NCBI GenBank assembly: GCA_964036045.1
Contig: OZ038378.1
Span: forward strand, 170,500,001-170,564,000
DNA from: Eutreptiella sp. 'Long Island Sound 2002'
Taxonomy: Eukaryota > Protista > Euglenida
DNA: 64,000 bases
Direction of reading: 5' to 3'
Each line of letters begins with the position of its first letter. The first letter of the stretch is position 1. The notes beneath the pieces were generated by a model. That model was not told the DNA's origin. It did no database searches and was given only the letters and a program-made list of their open reading frames with translations. Positions 36,486 through 49,217 of this stretch are shown here, piece after piece. The translations under genes and the position numbers were made by a program.

Positions 36486-36945
36486 TATCTGCTTTACACG
36501 GACGGTTTGTGGAAAAGGACAGGTTCAGCGCGTGTACTAAGGGGGGGGGGTGTGGGATTTATGCCCCCCCCCCCCCTCAGAGATTTGGACCAGAATTGAG
36601 AATTTCCGAATCTTTAAGTGAGGAGGAGAGACAAACCAACAACGCAGCAGACGTGGTGGCCGTAATTGCTGCATTAAGACGTTTTGAGACTACAGATTGT
36701 AAGATATGTGTGTTCACAAATTCGGAGTATGTGGTGTTGGGGGGGGGGGGGGTAGCACGCAAATGGCAACAAAATGGTTGGGTGGGCTCCAGGGGGCCTT
36801 TGACAAACGTAAGATTGTGGGTCGAGCTGCTAGACGTCCTGTCTTACATGGGTGACAGAGTGCAATGGGTTCAAGTCCCATCACACGTGGGACTTGAAGG
36901 CAATGAAGTTGCCAATGACTTGGCAATTGTTGGCATGTGCCGCAG
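36486..36945 (+). pseudogene. Ribonuclease HI domain relic, probably from a retroelement
   Basis: YLLYTDG, then after a frameshift QTNNAADVVAVIAAL, VFTNSEYV, W..NGW, LW and WVQVPSHVGLEGNEVANDLA. This is the RNase HI motif order, with three of the four acidic catalytic positions altered (E>D, D>N, D>N). Confidence 0.8.
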
Positions 36946-38051
36946 CCTTTGTGGGGGGTGGTACACGGGAGACCGGCCCCAACCCCGGTTGTGGGAGCGG
37001 TGACGGAGCCGGAAGTCCGGTCCCCTTTAGAGTCATCGTTTGAGGGCAGTGACGACGAGTCGCTGTGTGAGTTTGCGGTAGATCTTGCGGAACGGAGTTC
37101 AAACGGTTCGGGGCACAGTTCAGGATCGAAAGGATCCAGCGGGGCATCTGACTTCGCTCCGGCATGGGATCATGGTTTGTATGTGGGACTTGTGGGTGGC
37201 TATTCTAAGGACACGGAGTCGGCTGCTAGCTCGGAGGTAAGGGACTGGGAGGGACACTTGAGAAGAAAGTGTGCCACACTTCTAAAGAAGTGAGTTCAGG
37301 CAGCGCATGCAGTACCCCTTACCTTTTGGTGCAAGCAGTAGAGAGGATGCTGCAGTGGCATCATGCACGAGGCCAATCTTCCGGAGCGTGGGGTCGAACC
37401 CCGCACTTCTCTTTGAATATGAACCGGCATTTGCCGAAAGCCCAGAACCCGGGTCCTGGGGATAAATGGGAAGCACCGACTGTCCCGAACTCCCCAGTTT
37501 TTCAACCTGAACTTGAGAATGGGACAGGTCGAATTCACGCAGCCCATCGCACATAAGATAATCGCCTCGGCGAGTGAAGACGAAACCGCACACTGTGTGA
37601 GGAAGGGATGACATGAGGGTCTCTCGGAATGGGGAGACATATAACAGGTATGGCCATCATACTATAGCGGTACCATCCACGACCCGTGCGCCGTCCAGGG
37701 GGGGTTCGAACCCCGGGGGGGGGAGGGGGGGCACGTAGACACGTGTCACGGGGGTGTATGCAAGTCGTGTATCCGTTGCTCATGGCCTCGGGTGAATCTT
37801 CCGCTCCCAACCGGCAGAGAGGTGGTTTTTTTTCAAGCTCTCACTTTAGGGTAGCAGGGAATGGGTGGATGGTGGTTTCCCTAGACAGCAAGGTAGAACC
37901 GAGGCGAGACCTGTGATAGTGCGAGACACCATCAACAGACAGCGAAATATGCGTGCGCCCGTGTGAGCTGATGCCCAAGCCTGCTGGTATTTGTTTGAAC
38001 GGCGTTTTTGAGATGAGGCGAGACCTCTGTCAGTGCTAGTCACTATCAAAG

Positions 38052-38311
38052 GGCAGCGAAGCTTTCATGCGCCCTCGTGAGTTGAAGAAGCTTGAACATG
38101 AGGCACGGTGCACACTCCTTGACGCGGAACGTTCTGAGTTTGTTGCCCTGGTGGGACTTATCGTCGGCCTCGTGCCACTGACACTGGAAGCACAAGCAGC
38201 AAACTATGTGCGGATCAGGTTGAGGCAACCGGAAACCGAACAGAGGTTACATCGGCTACTGGCGTTGGTTTCTAGAGTTCTGATAGTGCATTTCCCTGAT
38301 TGGCCCTGCAG
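38052..38311 (+). CDS. Candidate upstream exon of the hybrid histidine kinase gene
   Basis: The open frame GSEAFMRPRELKKLEHEAR...HFPDWPC ends at CAG|GTGGAA (phase 2). This is compatible with an acceptor at 39468, which would join it in frame to RRSDEAERL. Speculative. Confidence 0.25.
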
Positions 38312-39457
38312 GTGGAACACAAAGAGAACACTCATGCTTGCTACAGTATTTGGTCGGGCCAGGTGCCTACCCGTGCAGGCGTCAAAATGGTGAAAGCGAG
38401 TGGCACACAAAGCGAAGTCAGTGGGGACATGTGGCTATGGGCGCAGGGATGGGGCCCTGCAATTGATTGTATCCACCATGCCCTGATAGGGTCGGCTACT
38501 GGTGGCGGCGTTGTGTTTTGGCATCTGCATGAAGATGCGAGATATATATTGTAGGCTTAACGGGACAGATCCGGATATGCCACAGGTCGTTCAGGCTGCA
38601 GGCTGCAGATGGGATGTGCATGACTAACCGGCGCCTGTGAGAGGGGTGAGAGCTGACCCAGATGGCCAAAGGAAAATTTGTGCAGTGGTACCGAGGAAAA
38701 CTCAATGTAGAACTGGATCGTGGTGTAGTGCGACAAATTGACACAATGAACTGAGAGTTGTGACTGTGACCATATACCTGTGACACGGGGGTGTATGCAA
38801 GTCGTGTATCTGTTGCTCATGGCCCAAGGAACCGCCCTCCCCGGCAGCCCCCCCAGCACCCCTCCCGGAACCCCCCTTCCAGCCCCCCCCCCCCCCCCCC
38901 AAGGGGCCTCCGACCAACATTTAGTTGGGGGGGGGGGGGGGGTAGTTGGCGTCCAGAAACGAGGGCTCCCCCCCCCCCCCCGGTGCGCTGTGCGGTCCCA
39001 TCTCAACGCGAACCACTATGTGCAGTCGTCAGCACCGAATGCCGCACTATGTGTGGTATTCATGTCAAGATGGTTTATGGGCGACAGCAGAAAATAGATG
39101 GTTGATAATGACAATTTGGCACTGATCGGCAAGATGAAAACTGTGTGCCTGAAAACACCGGGTGATTCTAGATGACACACCGTCTACTGTCATGGCAGAC
39201 AGGGGTGGTTTTATCACCAAAAAAAGGGGGTTGTAGCCCCACAAAGGCCCTCTAAAACTCAAATCGGTGCGTACACCTGTATGCCAACTTCCCACTTCGC
39301 CCACTGCCCTGCCTGCCATTTCCCTGCTGCAAAAGTTGTATGCGGAGATACGCAAAGACGGAGCTTCAGGGTACTTGCACTGCATTGCAGTCCTCAGCTA
39401 ATTGCTGGTTGACTCGCCCATGCGCAGTCCTCCGTGCGCACATCAGAGTTTTGTGCC

Positions 39458-40122
39458 ATGCCCGCCAGAAGGCGATCTGACGAGGCTGAGCGTTTGGAAT
39501 GGCTCCGAAAGGCGGCCATTCTTGACACGCCTCAGGAGAAGGAGTACGACGACATCATACAGACGTTGTATTGGGTCTCGGGCTTTCCCATGGCTCATAT
39601 TTCGCTGGTTGACGACAGCCGGCAGTGGTTCAAGGCCAGAACTGGCTTGAACGTGCCTGAGACAAGCCGCACGGTATCGTTCTGTGACCATGTCGTCGAA
39701 AACAGAGAGCCACTTATTGTCCTCGATGCCAAAGCCCACCCCTCTTTCTGCGACAATCCCCTTGTGACTGGGGAGCCAGGAATTCGGTGCTACGTTGGGT
39801 ATCCCATTATTCCTTCAAGCACGACGCATTGCTTTGGGGCGCTGAGTTGCCTTGACACAATCCAGCATGAGTCCATCGCTCAGGCCCTCCGGAATATCCT
39901 AGCTTCCCTTGCCAATATCGTGGGTGCTTTGATTGACCGGAACCTGAAAGCCAGCCTCTTTGTTGCCAAGATCAGCCATGAATTACGTACCCCACTGCAT
40001 GGTATCATGGGCTCTGCTGCCATGTTGAAGGAGTCGCTCACTAGCAACGACGCCATCAACGCGCAGTCTCAGGAAATGCATCACGTTGGCAACATTGCTG
40101 CCTGTGCAGAGGGAAATCTAAG
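39458..40122 (+). CDS. Hybrid sensor histidine kinase, exon with GAF domain and HisKA H-box
   Basis: ERL..L....ILDTP, ISLVDDSRQWFKA, SFCDH, NPLVTGEPGIRCY and SHELRTPLHG. The donor GTAATT at 40123 joins in frame to 41332 (LRVVNDIVDLVKME). Confidence 0.9.
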
Positions 40123-41331
40123 GTAATTTCACCCCATCTGCAGCCTTTTTCGATTCCCAACCTTCTTCCATCCTCCTAATCCCTTTGCAGTCCTCTTTGC
40201 CAGTGAGAGCTGTCCAGGGAACGATTATCTTGATGGCAGTCAAGTGTGTAGCCCTGACCCCTTGTCCATGGGGATTCCCCCCAAGTGCACTTGTATGTGG
40301 ACAGTCCTAAATCTGCTCTCATTACGTCTGGAATTCCACTTTGCTATGGGATAAGAAAGAGGATGGGGATTTGCAGCCGGTGGTGGTCATTGCGCAGTGT
40401 GAACTGGACTGCATTGGTCTGTGGAGTCAAGGCACGGTGTTGTGGGGCTGTTCACAAGGGGCCCTGTACCCAAGAAAGAGAGGCCTGTGAGTGGTCACCG
40501 GATTTCTTTTCAACATTGCAGGTGACACGTGCGCCCTCGCCGTTCGTCTTCAGTGTACTACAATTTGCAGGAACTACGAGGGACTATCCGCCTCGCGCGC
40601 ACACTGTGCAGGGCCTTGGACCAAAACCGGGCCCATAGGGCTGCCCTCGCCCCCCCCCCCCCTTTGCGCAAGCAATGCCTTGTGCAGTCACCACTACCCA
40701 GTGAAACCGTCAATTTTGATGCCCCGGGCGGTGGCACAATGGGGGATTAGGTCCTCAAAATATTGTCCCTTGGAAGCCTCCGGAGTGCCCTGTAACTGTT
40801 CCAGAAAACTGGGTGTGTGGACTCTCCACCCCAATACAATGTGTGGGCCGTCCGTGCCACTCCCCCTGTGAGTACTGTCATCCATGCAGATGAGCAGTCC
40901 CCATGCACATGTTTGAACATTAAAGACTCCATCTGCCTTACACCCCTTCTGGGCGGGTGTCTGTGATTGACCTAGGTGCATGGCATGCATGGGGCGTGGA
41001 ACCAAAAGACAACATTGCTTTGAGAATGAATACCACGGGTTTTGTTTCTTTTCATTTTCACAGCAACCGCTCAGTGATTAAAAGCCCCCAGCAAGGCACA
41101 GCACACTCCGGGAAATTGGAGCAAGCATCCAGAAATTAACATCCATCACAGCAATCTTCAAGAAATGAAGAATGCCCCAAAGATCAGTATTGCAACTGTG
41201 AAGTGCAGGTCTTTTTTTGGACTGAAGTTTACACAACCTGGGGTCTGGGGTACGAAATTGACCTGTTTTGTCTGTCGAGCTTTCACTCACCATTCCATCA
41301 TTCTGTGCACGCCCTCTCCTGCCCTGTGCAG

Positions 41332-41950
41332 GGTTGTAAACGACATTGTGGATCTCGTGAAAATGGAGCACCACCAATTAGAATTGGTCATCGCCGATTT
41401 CGATTTGAGGACGTGCATTGAGTCCGCTCTCGCCACAGTTGAAGCGATGCCGAAGAGTGCCAAGTTGCACCTCGGGTATCTACTGCCTCATGACGTCACC
41501 CTCAAGGGGGACAGCAAACGGGTGCAGCATATCCTGCTCAACTTGTTTTCCAATGCCGTTCAATCTACAGAGAAGGGCTTGGTAACACTGAGGTGTCAGG
41601 TGATGGACACCGAAGACGCAATTGAGGTGCAGTTCATTGTGGACATCAGCCCGCAGGCTTCCCATACCCTGATGCAGGCCTTCGGCAAGGTTACCAGTTC
41701 TATTTCCCAACTACAAGACTGCATGAGCCCAGGGCTTCTAATCTGCCAGCACCTGCTGAACGCGATGGACTCGCAGCTGGAGCTCAGCAGTGTTCCCGGC
41801 AAAGGATCCAAGTTCTCCTTCACACTCTCCAGCCAGGGGACAGTTCACTTACCGCCACCGGAAGCAAAGGGGAAGAGCGCGTTGATAATTGCGTCCTGTC
41901 CTGGCGAAAGCGAACTTTTGCGGGGACACTGTGAATCCCTGGCGATGAAG
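41332..41950 (+). CDS. Hybrid sensor histidine kinase, exon with degenerate HATPase_c domain and start of a pseudo-receiver
   Basis: CAG acceptor at 41331. Reads LKGDSKRVQHILLNLFSNA and SVPGKGSKFSFTL. Phase-0 donor GTGTGC at 41951. Confidence 0.85.
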
Positions 41951-43495
41951 GTGTGCGAAGAAAAAATGACAGATTCAACCGTGGAGCAGTGGGGTCCTTC
42001 ACAAGCCCTTTCTGTTGTTTTCTTTCTTTTGTTGTTGTTAAGGATCCTGAACCCCCCGTCCCCATTCCACGCCTCGCAACTTGTGTGACCCACCAACCGT
42101 GATCAGTCAAAAGGTAAAATTTTGATTTTCGTAAATCAGTTGGCGGTTGTTTTTACTCGGTTGCCCTTCTCTCTTTGTGATGTATTGCGTTGTACCGTGT
42201 GTTTTGTGCTGTATTGGTGGTGAGACGAGCATTGCGTTGGTATTGGCATTGGCAAAGGAATGGGCATAGGCATGTCATTCGCAAGCGGCGTGCCGCAGGG
42301 GGCGGTGCTGCATACCGACCGAATCCAGGCAGAGGGTGTTGTTGTCCGCCAAAAAAAAAAAATACAACGCAAAAAAATATTAATTTTTGGTGTCATGCCT
42401 TATGCAAAAATGGGTTCCGCAAAAAAAAATCTTAAAAATGAAATATTTTTTGCCCCTGCCTCCCTTTTTGCAGGAATGCCAGAATCGCGGGTGGGATGCT
42501 GTGTTTGCCTGACTGCTTGTTGCCCCCCCCCGCCCCCCCCTCTGTGTCTCATGCCCCATTTTGCACCTTGCTTTGCTTTCACAGAATGATGATCAGGGAC
42601 CATGTATCAGGGCATCCAGGATTGTCACAATATTCGATATTTCAATCCGGATGCTGATGTGCCCCAAAGCAGATAAAGGGGCTAGTTCGGGACATTTGAT
42701 TGCCAGTCCATTTGTGATTCGAATTTTGTGGTTGGTTGTTGGTAAAAAGGAGTAAGAGGGTGCTGACCCGCAGGCCGAGGGTTTCTCCTGGGTTTTCATG
42801 CACTATTATTGAGACGAAATTCCAAGGCAGCATTTCACGTGCCATGGGCACTATCATGGACGAGTTTGGAACTGGTTTGTTGAAAAACTGGTAGACCTGA
42901 ATCATGCTTGTTGGTGCTTATCTGTGCTATGGATTGCAATCCCAGAGTCCAAGGTACGCATGGTCTCTTGCAGTAGCAACAAAATGAATCAACCCCAATC
43001 CCCAAAACGCAAAAAAAAACGCAAAAAACTAATAATTTTTGGTGCAGCGTCCCACACAAAACTGGGTTCTGCAAAAAAAAAAAGCGCAAAAATAAAATAT
43101 TTTGTGCCCATTTTGGATGCTGTCGCAAAAATTTTGCTGATTAATTAATTAATTCAAAACGCCCAACGCAAAAATTAGGATTCCGCGAATCTTTAGAATT
43201 CGGTCGGTACCAGGAGCGGCACTTGCCCGCTGCATACCCCAGGGCGTGGCAATGGCCTCCTGCATGCCCAATAATGCAAAAACAAAGACACATGGTATCA
43301 CGTCGGTGAAATGTTACCCGCCTGGCCCTGCAGACACCGATGCATCATGCGCTGCCAAAACCGCGCCAAGACCCACTGCATTTTCAGAAGGGCAGTGTAG
43401 ACCTGGTAGCTTCTCGCTACAGGTGTGTACAGACCACACAACACAACTCAACATAGCATGACATCGCCGCAGTGCCTTGTCCCCGTCTGGTGTAG

Positions 43496-44002
43496 GTTGT
43501 ATCAATTTGTTCAATTGAGGTGGCCCAGCTTCTTCTGACATCAAGATGCGAAGGCACGCTTCACAAGCCCAAATACAAGTTTGACGTGGTCCTTTGCGCG
43601 TCCAAGCTTACCAATAGCATTGATATTGATTTGCATGAGCTGAATATCAATGCAGGTCTTCCATGGGTTTTGGTTGGAAATGCGTCCGACGCTATGGTCG
43701 GGACAACGAATGTCTATCATGTAACATCCTCACTGCTGCAAAAAAATCTGAAGGACACGTTGCTGACGTTGTTCAAGCAAAGTGGTACTGATGTCAGCGT
43801 TCTTGCAGACAAGGCTGACCCAAGTCGCGACGAAAGCAGGTCTTGCCACGTCAAGCCGAACAACACTCATCCGGGCGACGCCCCGCAGTCTGCAGAAATG
43901 ATGGTTCTAAGTGTCGATGATGTACCCATGAATCAACGCATCGCCCAGGCGTTTCTTGCGCGCCTTGGTGCGCATGTGGACCTGGCTGCAAACGGGAGAG
44001 AG
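43496..44002 (+). CDS. Hybrid sensor histidine kinase, exon with linker and start of receiver domain
   Basis: TAG acceptor at 43495 (phase 0). Reads VLSVDDVPMNQRIAQAFLARLGAHVDLAANGRE. Donor GTGTGC at 44003. Confidence 0.85.
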
Positions 44003-44394
44003 GTGTGCATCCTCTCGCCCCCTTGCACAACTGGGTGTCCATCCTGACAGCTGGTACCCATGGTTTTTGTCAGTGTCAGGACCTTTTCATACAACCGCAC
44101 AAACAGGCAGACGTTGCCAGCAGGCTGACATAAGATCAGAGGGCAGAATAACGCTGAGTAGACCCTTAAGCGGCCTCGGCTGAGACTGCCCTTAATCACC
44201 GTCATGTGGTGCACATTCACACTCAATCGCCATTGTGTTGCGTGCGGCGCATTACATGGAATTTTTTTGTACTTATTTGGAGCGATTAGTTGGCAAGTCT
44301 GCTTGAACATGCAGTCCTCTTCAAATGTACAGTGCGGTCCTGGGCCCGGCGCTCATAGACAGAAATTTTGATGTCACCTCATGACCACTGCGTG

Positions 44395-45350
44395 GTACAC
44401 AATCACCCTCAGAAGCGCGTATCTTGTGCACCACCACCCTGAATCTGCATTGAACGATACACAACCGCTTCAATCTCCATAATCCGGGACACGAACCCCC
44501 CGCAATCACCATTGTATGGCACACAATCACCATGAACCACCATAATCTGGTACACAATCGCCCTCAGTAACCAGACGTGGTATGTAACCTTATGGTATTG
44601 ATTGGCGAGATAAATGTCCCTCAGGTTGATTGGGTTCCAGACAATGGGGTTTGAGAATGGTTGTGTTCCCAATACTGGTGACGCTGATTGCTGGTGATCG
44701 TACCATACAACGGTGCCCTTATCCACAATTTGTATGGTTGCATTTGATTACCCTCAATCACCCCAAAATTGTACCCCCTCAATCACCGATACTTGGTGCC
44801 CAATATCCCTCAATCACCACTGTGACACACAATCACTTTCAACCTTAATTGCATGGTACGCTCTACAATCACCCCCAAACCAGTACATTGTCCACAATCC
44901 CCTCAATCACTATCATGATACAATTCACCCTCCTCATTGTATGGTACGGAAATCATCCCCAATTACCATTGCCTGGTTCCCAATCACCCTCATTCACCAC
45001 ATCTGGTGCACAACAAGTACCTTGGATCACCTGATATGGAAGACAATTTGCCTCAGCCACCATAATATTGGACAGAAACGGTAGTACAGATATCCAACAA
45101 CCCTGAATCACCACACTATGGCACCCGTTGACCCTGTATTCCCACTACAGGATACAGAATCATCGTCAGCCAGCGCTGTGTGGAGCGGGACCATCCGCAA
45201 TTACCACCACATGTTGCAGAAGCACAATCGTTGACCAATGTATAATGCTTTAGCAATCTTGATTGTCATGATGCCGCAAGCAACCTCACTAAATCATCAC
45301 AAACACAACACTAAAGAAAAATGATGGTACAAAATCACCCTCAATCACCA
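44395..45350. repeat. Cryptic low-complexity repeat (GGTACACAATCACCCTC-like) in kinase intron
   Basis: About ten degenerate copies of aatcaccctc(aatcacc) or ggtac..aatc, e.g. at 44395, 44517, 44550, 44750, 44805, 44980 and 45325. Confidence 0.6.
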
Positions 45351-45524
45351 CTACATTGCACTCACACCCAAGCACCACTATGTCAATCCCCGCTGCATGA
45401 TGGGCAAACCCCCGTCAATTGCCGCTGTCTGATACCCAGTTAACCTCATCTGTTTTGTGATGCTCTCATCACTCCCTGAGTCAGCCCCAACCATCGTGTG
45501 CGAAACCACTCTGCCTTTTTTTAG

Positions 45525-45769
45525 GCCATCGATGCCGCTCGCGAAAAGCGGTATGATTTGATCCTTATGGACGTGGAAATGCCGGTGATGGGGGGCGTGG
45601 AGGCAACTGAAATCTTGAAGCAAGAGCAACCCTTGACACCTGTCGTGATTGTGACTGCCAGCTCGGATGCCATCATTTTGGATAAGTGCCGCACAGCTGG
45701 AGCCAATGTTGTGATGCACAAACCATTCACCTTTGAAACATTGGCAGCGCAGCTAAAGCAGCTGACAAA
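45525..45769 (+). CDS. Hybrid sensor histidine kinase, exon completing the receiver domain
   Basis: TAG acceptor at 45524 (phase 0). YDLILMDVEMPVMGG.EAT, VIVTAS and HKPF retain the phosphoacceptor Asp, Thr and Lys. A probable donor GTATGT lies at 45770; the final exon was not located. Confidence 0.9.
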
Positions 45770-48700
45770 GTATGTTCTTTCTGACTTGAAGTCCATCCAG
45801 CCTTTTTGTCCCGCACGCATACAGCCATGGCAAAACCAGGGCCCAAAGCTCGCCGGAATGGGGCGTTTACGGGTATTCTATTCACGAAATTGGGCAGTTG
45901 AGGTAAAAGGTGGGGGAGGCAAATGGAAGACAATCCAACTTTTGTCAAATGATGAGGAATGCCTCAAAAACCAACTGTCGGAGGTGACTCTGGCCGGGTG
46001 TGTGTATGTTTAGCATCTTTGGTGAGCGGAATGGGGTGAAATGTAAGAGAAAAGGGGTAATATTGGGGGGTCATGGGATATGGGAGGGATTCTGAGCTGT
46101 TTGTGTACAGTGCAGTGTAGTGCAATGCAGTACAGTGCAGTGCAGCGCAGGTGTCTTTCACTGGTGCCTTTCTGTTTTTTCTCCCCTTACCACCTTCCTC
46201 TCCCGTCAATGGAGCACATGCACGCTTTCAGAATTGCGGGCTACGTCTCCGGGACGATCGGCAGGGAGCCTGCTCACCAGCGGGTATCTGTTGGCGGGTT
46301 ATCCAAGCAGATGCCCCATTTCAATTTTACGACGGAGATGCCATTTGCCGTCTGCTGTGCTGATTACCTATATTCTCTCATTTGGCTGTGTGTCTGCTTT
46401 TCGTGGAGCTTTGAGTAACCAGCACAAAAGCTCTGCCTACTCAAATAAGGGGGGTTAAAGAAAAGAAGAACTACTGTCTGAAATTGTTATATCTCCACAA
46501 CCCATACTGGGCAGTACAAGCGCCAAACATGACCCAAACTGATTGAATTGCAACAGTCACCTGCTTACAACTGCTGTTCAGCGGTGTATTGCCTCCGGGG
46601 CCCTCACAATGAACGGGAATGAAAAGGAATGTTGCCATGCTTCTGATACGGCACATACCCCCTTTAACTTGCGAGGATAGGGTGACGCTTAGTCACATAG
46701 TGGTTGAGTGTAGGTCGAAGAAAACCTTTTTTTGTCAAAGTGAAAAGGATCCAACCACCTTGCCGACCGTGACCACCCTTTGCTGGCGCCTTTGTGTCTT
46801 TGAAGATTTTCCGAAAAATAGGTGGTGTGTTTGGACCACACAGACCCAATTGTGGTGCCATTTGTCGCTAAAGCCCTCCAAAGTGGTTCAAATGCTGACA
46901 GTGCCTAGTCACATTGTTTGGACCCAGAATAGTCATTGTAGGGCACCAAGAATGACCCAAGATGGCACATGGTTCATCATTTGATTGCTGTTGATTGCGT
47001 TGACTGCAGGATAGGTGGTCAGTTGGGCTCCGTTCAACTAAGGACAAAACACCAAGCAAAAACACATGAAAGGCAACTGGAAGGAAGTGCAAAAGGGAGG
47101 GAACATGACAGAAGATGCAGAAACCTCCGGGGTAAACAGGGAGAAAGGAAGGAAATGGAACGTGCAGTCAAGAGCTGTCAACAGAGATGAGGACACAGGC
47201 CATGGGGACAAAAGGGGTAGCCAAACCCTAATTAAACTGTTTTTTGGGTCCAACCTAGTGAGGCAAATCCGCAAATTACACCATGCACCACGATAATCCA
47301 AGCCGCAGAATATGCAAAATGCATGATTGCACGGTCATGGTCATTTGCAGACTGATTGTTGGCTTTCGTTTGGCCCTGCGTGGCATGCCAAGAAAATAGA
47401 CAACAGAAACAGCAAGCACAAGTTAATGCCCATGGCACATATCCCACACCACCACCACCACATCACCTTTGCTCCTACTCATGCCCCATTGCACAGGTGG
47501 AGGAACTGGGTCATTCTGTAAGTGGGGTGGGGTAAGTGAGTTTTTACCATCGATCGTACCAACTGACCACCTGACATGCAGAGGCAACCGACTTGTAGTG
47601 GCCTTACCCGCACGCACTACTGATATCGCCCTTGCGCAACCGCCTTGCACAGTCGAACCGAGGGGTTCCAAAGTGGTTGGGTGGTCCAAACCCAGTCCCC
47701 CTGATATTGGAAGAAAGGTGCACACACCCCAACGGTGCTTTCGACTTCTTTGCATGGGCGGGTTGACAGGTTGGGCCAATAGCCAACTTTCTTTCTCGGC
47801 TGTGGTGGACTGTGAGAAATTTGGTCGAGCCATCCCTTGTCGCCAGAATGCGAATGCGGGATGAATACTGCACAGACTCCCAGTGCAGTTCGGGAGCACA
47901 CAATGCACAGGAGGCATCGCATTCTCTTTCAACGGAAGAAGAAGGGCAGGGCGCTGTGAACCTCCCCATGGGCAGGTCAATGGGTGGGTGGGTTGGTGGG
48001 TGAGCCAAACCCATGGGAAAGCCAACATAGAGAACGCTGCTCCTGCGGCGCGCTGTAAGAGACTTTGCAAAGGAAACGGGACATTGTAGTGTCTTACCTG
48101 AAATGCATCCTTTTTGCGTAGCAATCACAATTGTATCACGCGGACATGTCTTGTGTTGGTGCAGACCTCAGCCCGCAAGAACCCCGTCCCCCGTTTCTTT
48201 TCTGTTCTGGAAGGATGTTGCTGAGCATTTCATTGTTACGCAGGGCTTGGCGGAGGGGGATGTTGACTGCCAATCTCGTTTGTTTCCATTTCTTTGACGG
48301 GAAACGATGTGGTAATCTAGTGAAAAACAGTGAAACCCACATCCTGTGGCGCACCTTGAAGCGGTCAACCCCCCCTCCAATTGCAGTTACGCAAAGGCCC
48401 TGTGGAACCGTAAATTGGTGGTCTTCCTGCTATCTTCAGGGCGTCAAGCCTGACAGTCGACAACAACCCGGAAAGAAATTCATTACCCCGTGGCACTGAT
48501 ACTATTCCAGTCGCCAGCAGCTCCAACACTGCACCCTTCCAGCCCAGCCTCCGGTCCATTGGAGACAAGACAACGTATACACGCTCTGTGGTCCACGGCC
48601 TTTTGTCATCCGGCGAACCTCTTGCCAACCTCAGCTTCGGCGCCAGCATGCTCAACTCGCCGGCGCGGCCAAACCGAAACTCACGGTTGTTTTTTGGGAC

Positions 48701-49217
48701 AGACTCGTGAGCGCATCCAATCAAAGGAACGCGCATTATGTACGTGCGCCTGCACCACCCCACCCTCCACCCCGGGCCGGGACATCTGCGGATATGTATA
48801 CGCCGTGGGGCTCATTTCTGATGCAGATGGACCTTGTCATTGTCCACCGGCTGCATGACTGGGAACCCTCCACACAGAGCACCACATCCCAGAAACCCAT
48901 CCGGGCTTTCCTCTATAACATGATGTTTCCCCCTGTGCATACATGGAGACATACACACACCGAGGCTCTGGCCTGCCTAGGCGAGGGCTGGATGCAGGGT
49001 GGTGCCTTGGTTTCCTACCACCCTGTGCAGCGACAAAGACACGGGCACCCCCCATACAGACAGCCGGCCCGCAGACCCACGCAGGCCTTCCTCTATAATA
49101 TCCCCCCCCCCGGCCCGCCATCCGTTTGCATTTGTCTGTTTTTTAATTAGGTCACACCCCATCCGTTGGCACACCTAACATTCATTCATTCGGACCCACA
49201 GAGGGTCAGAATGAGCC

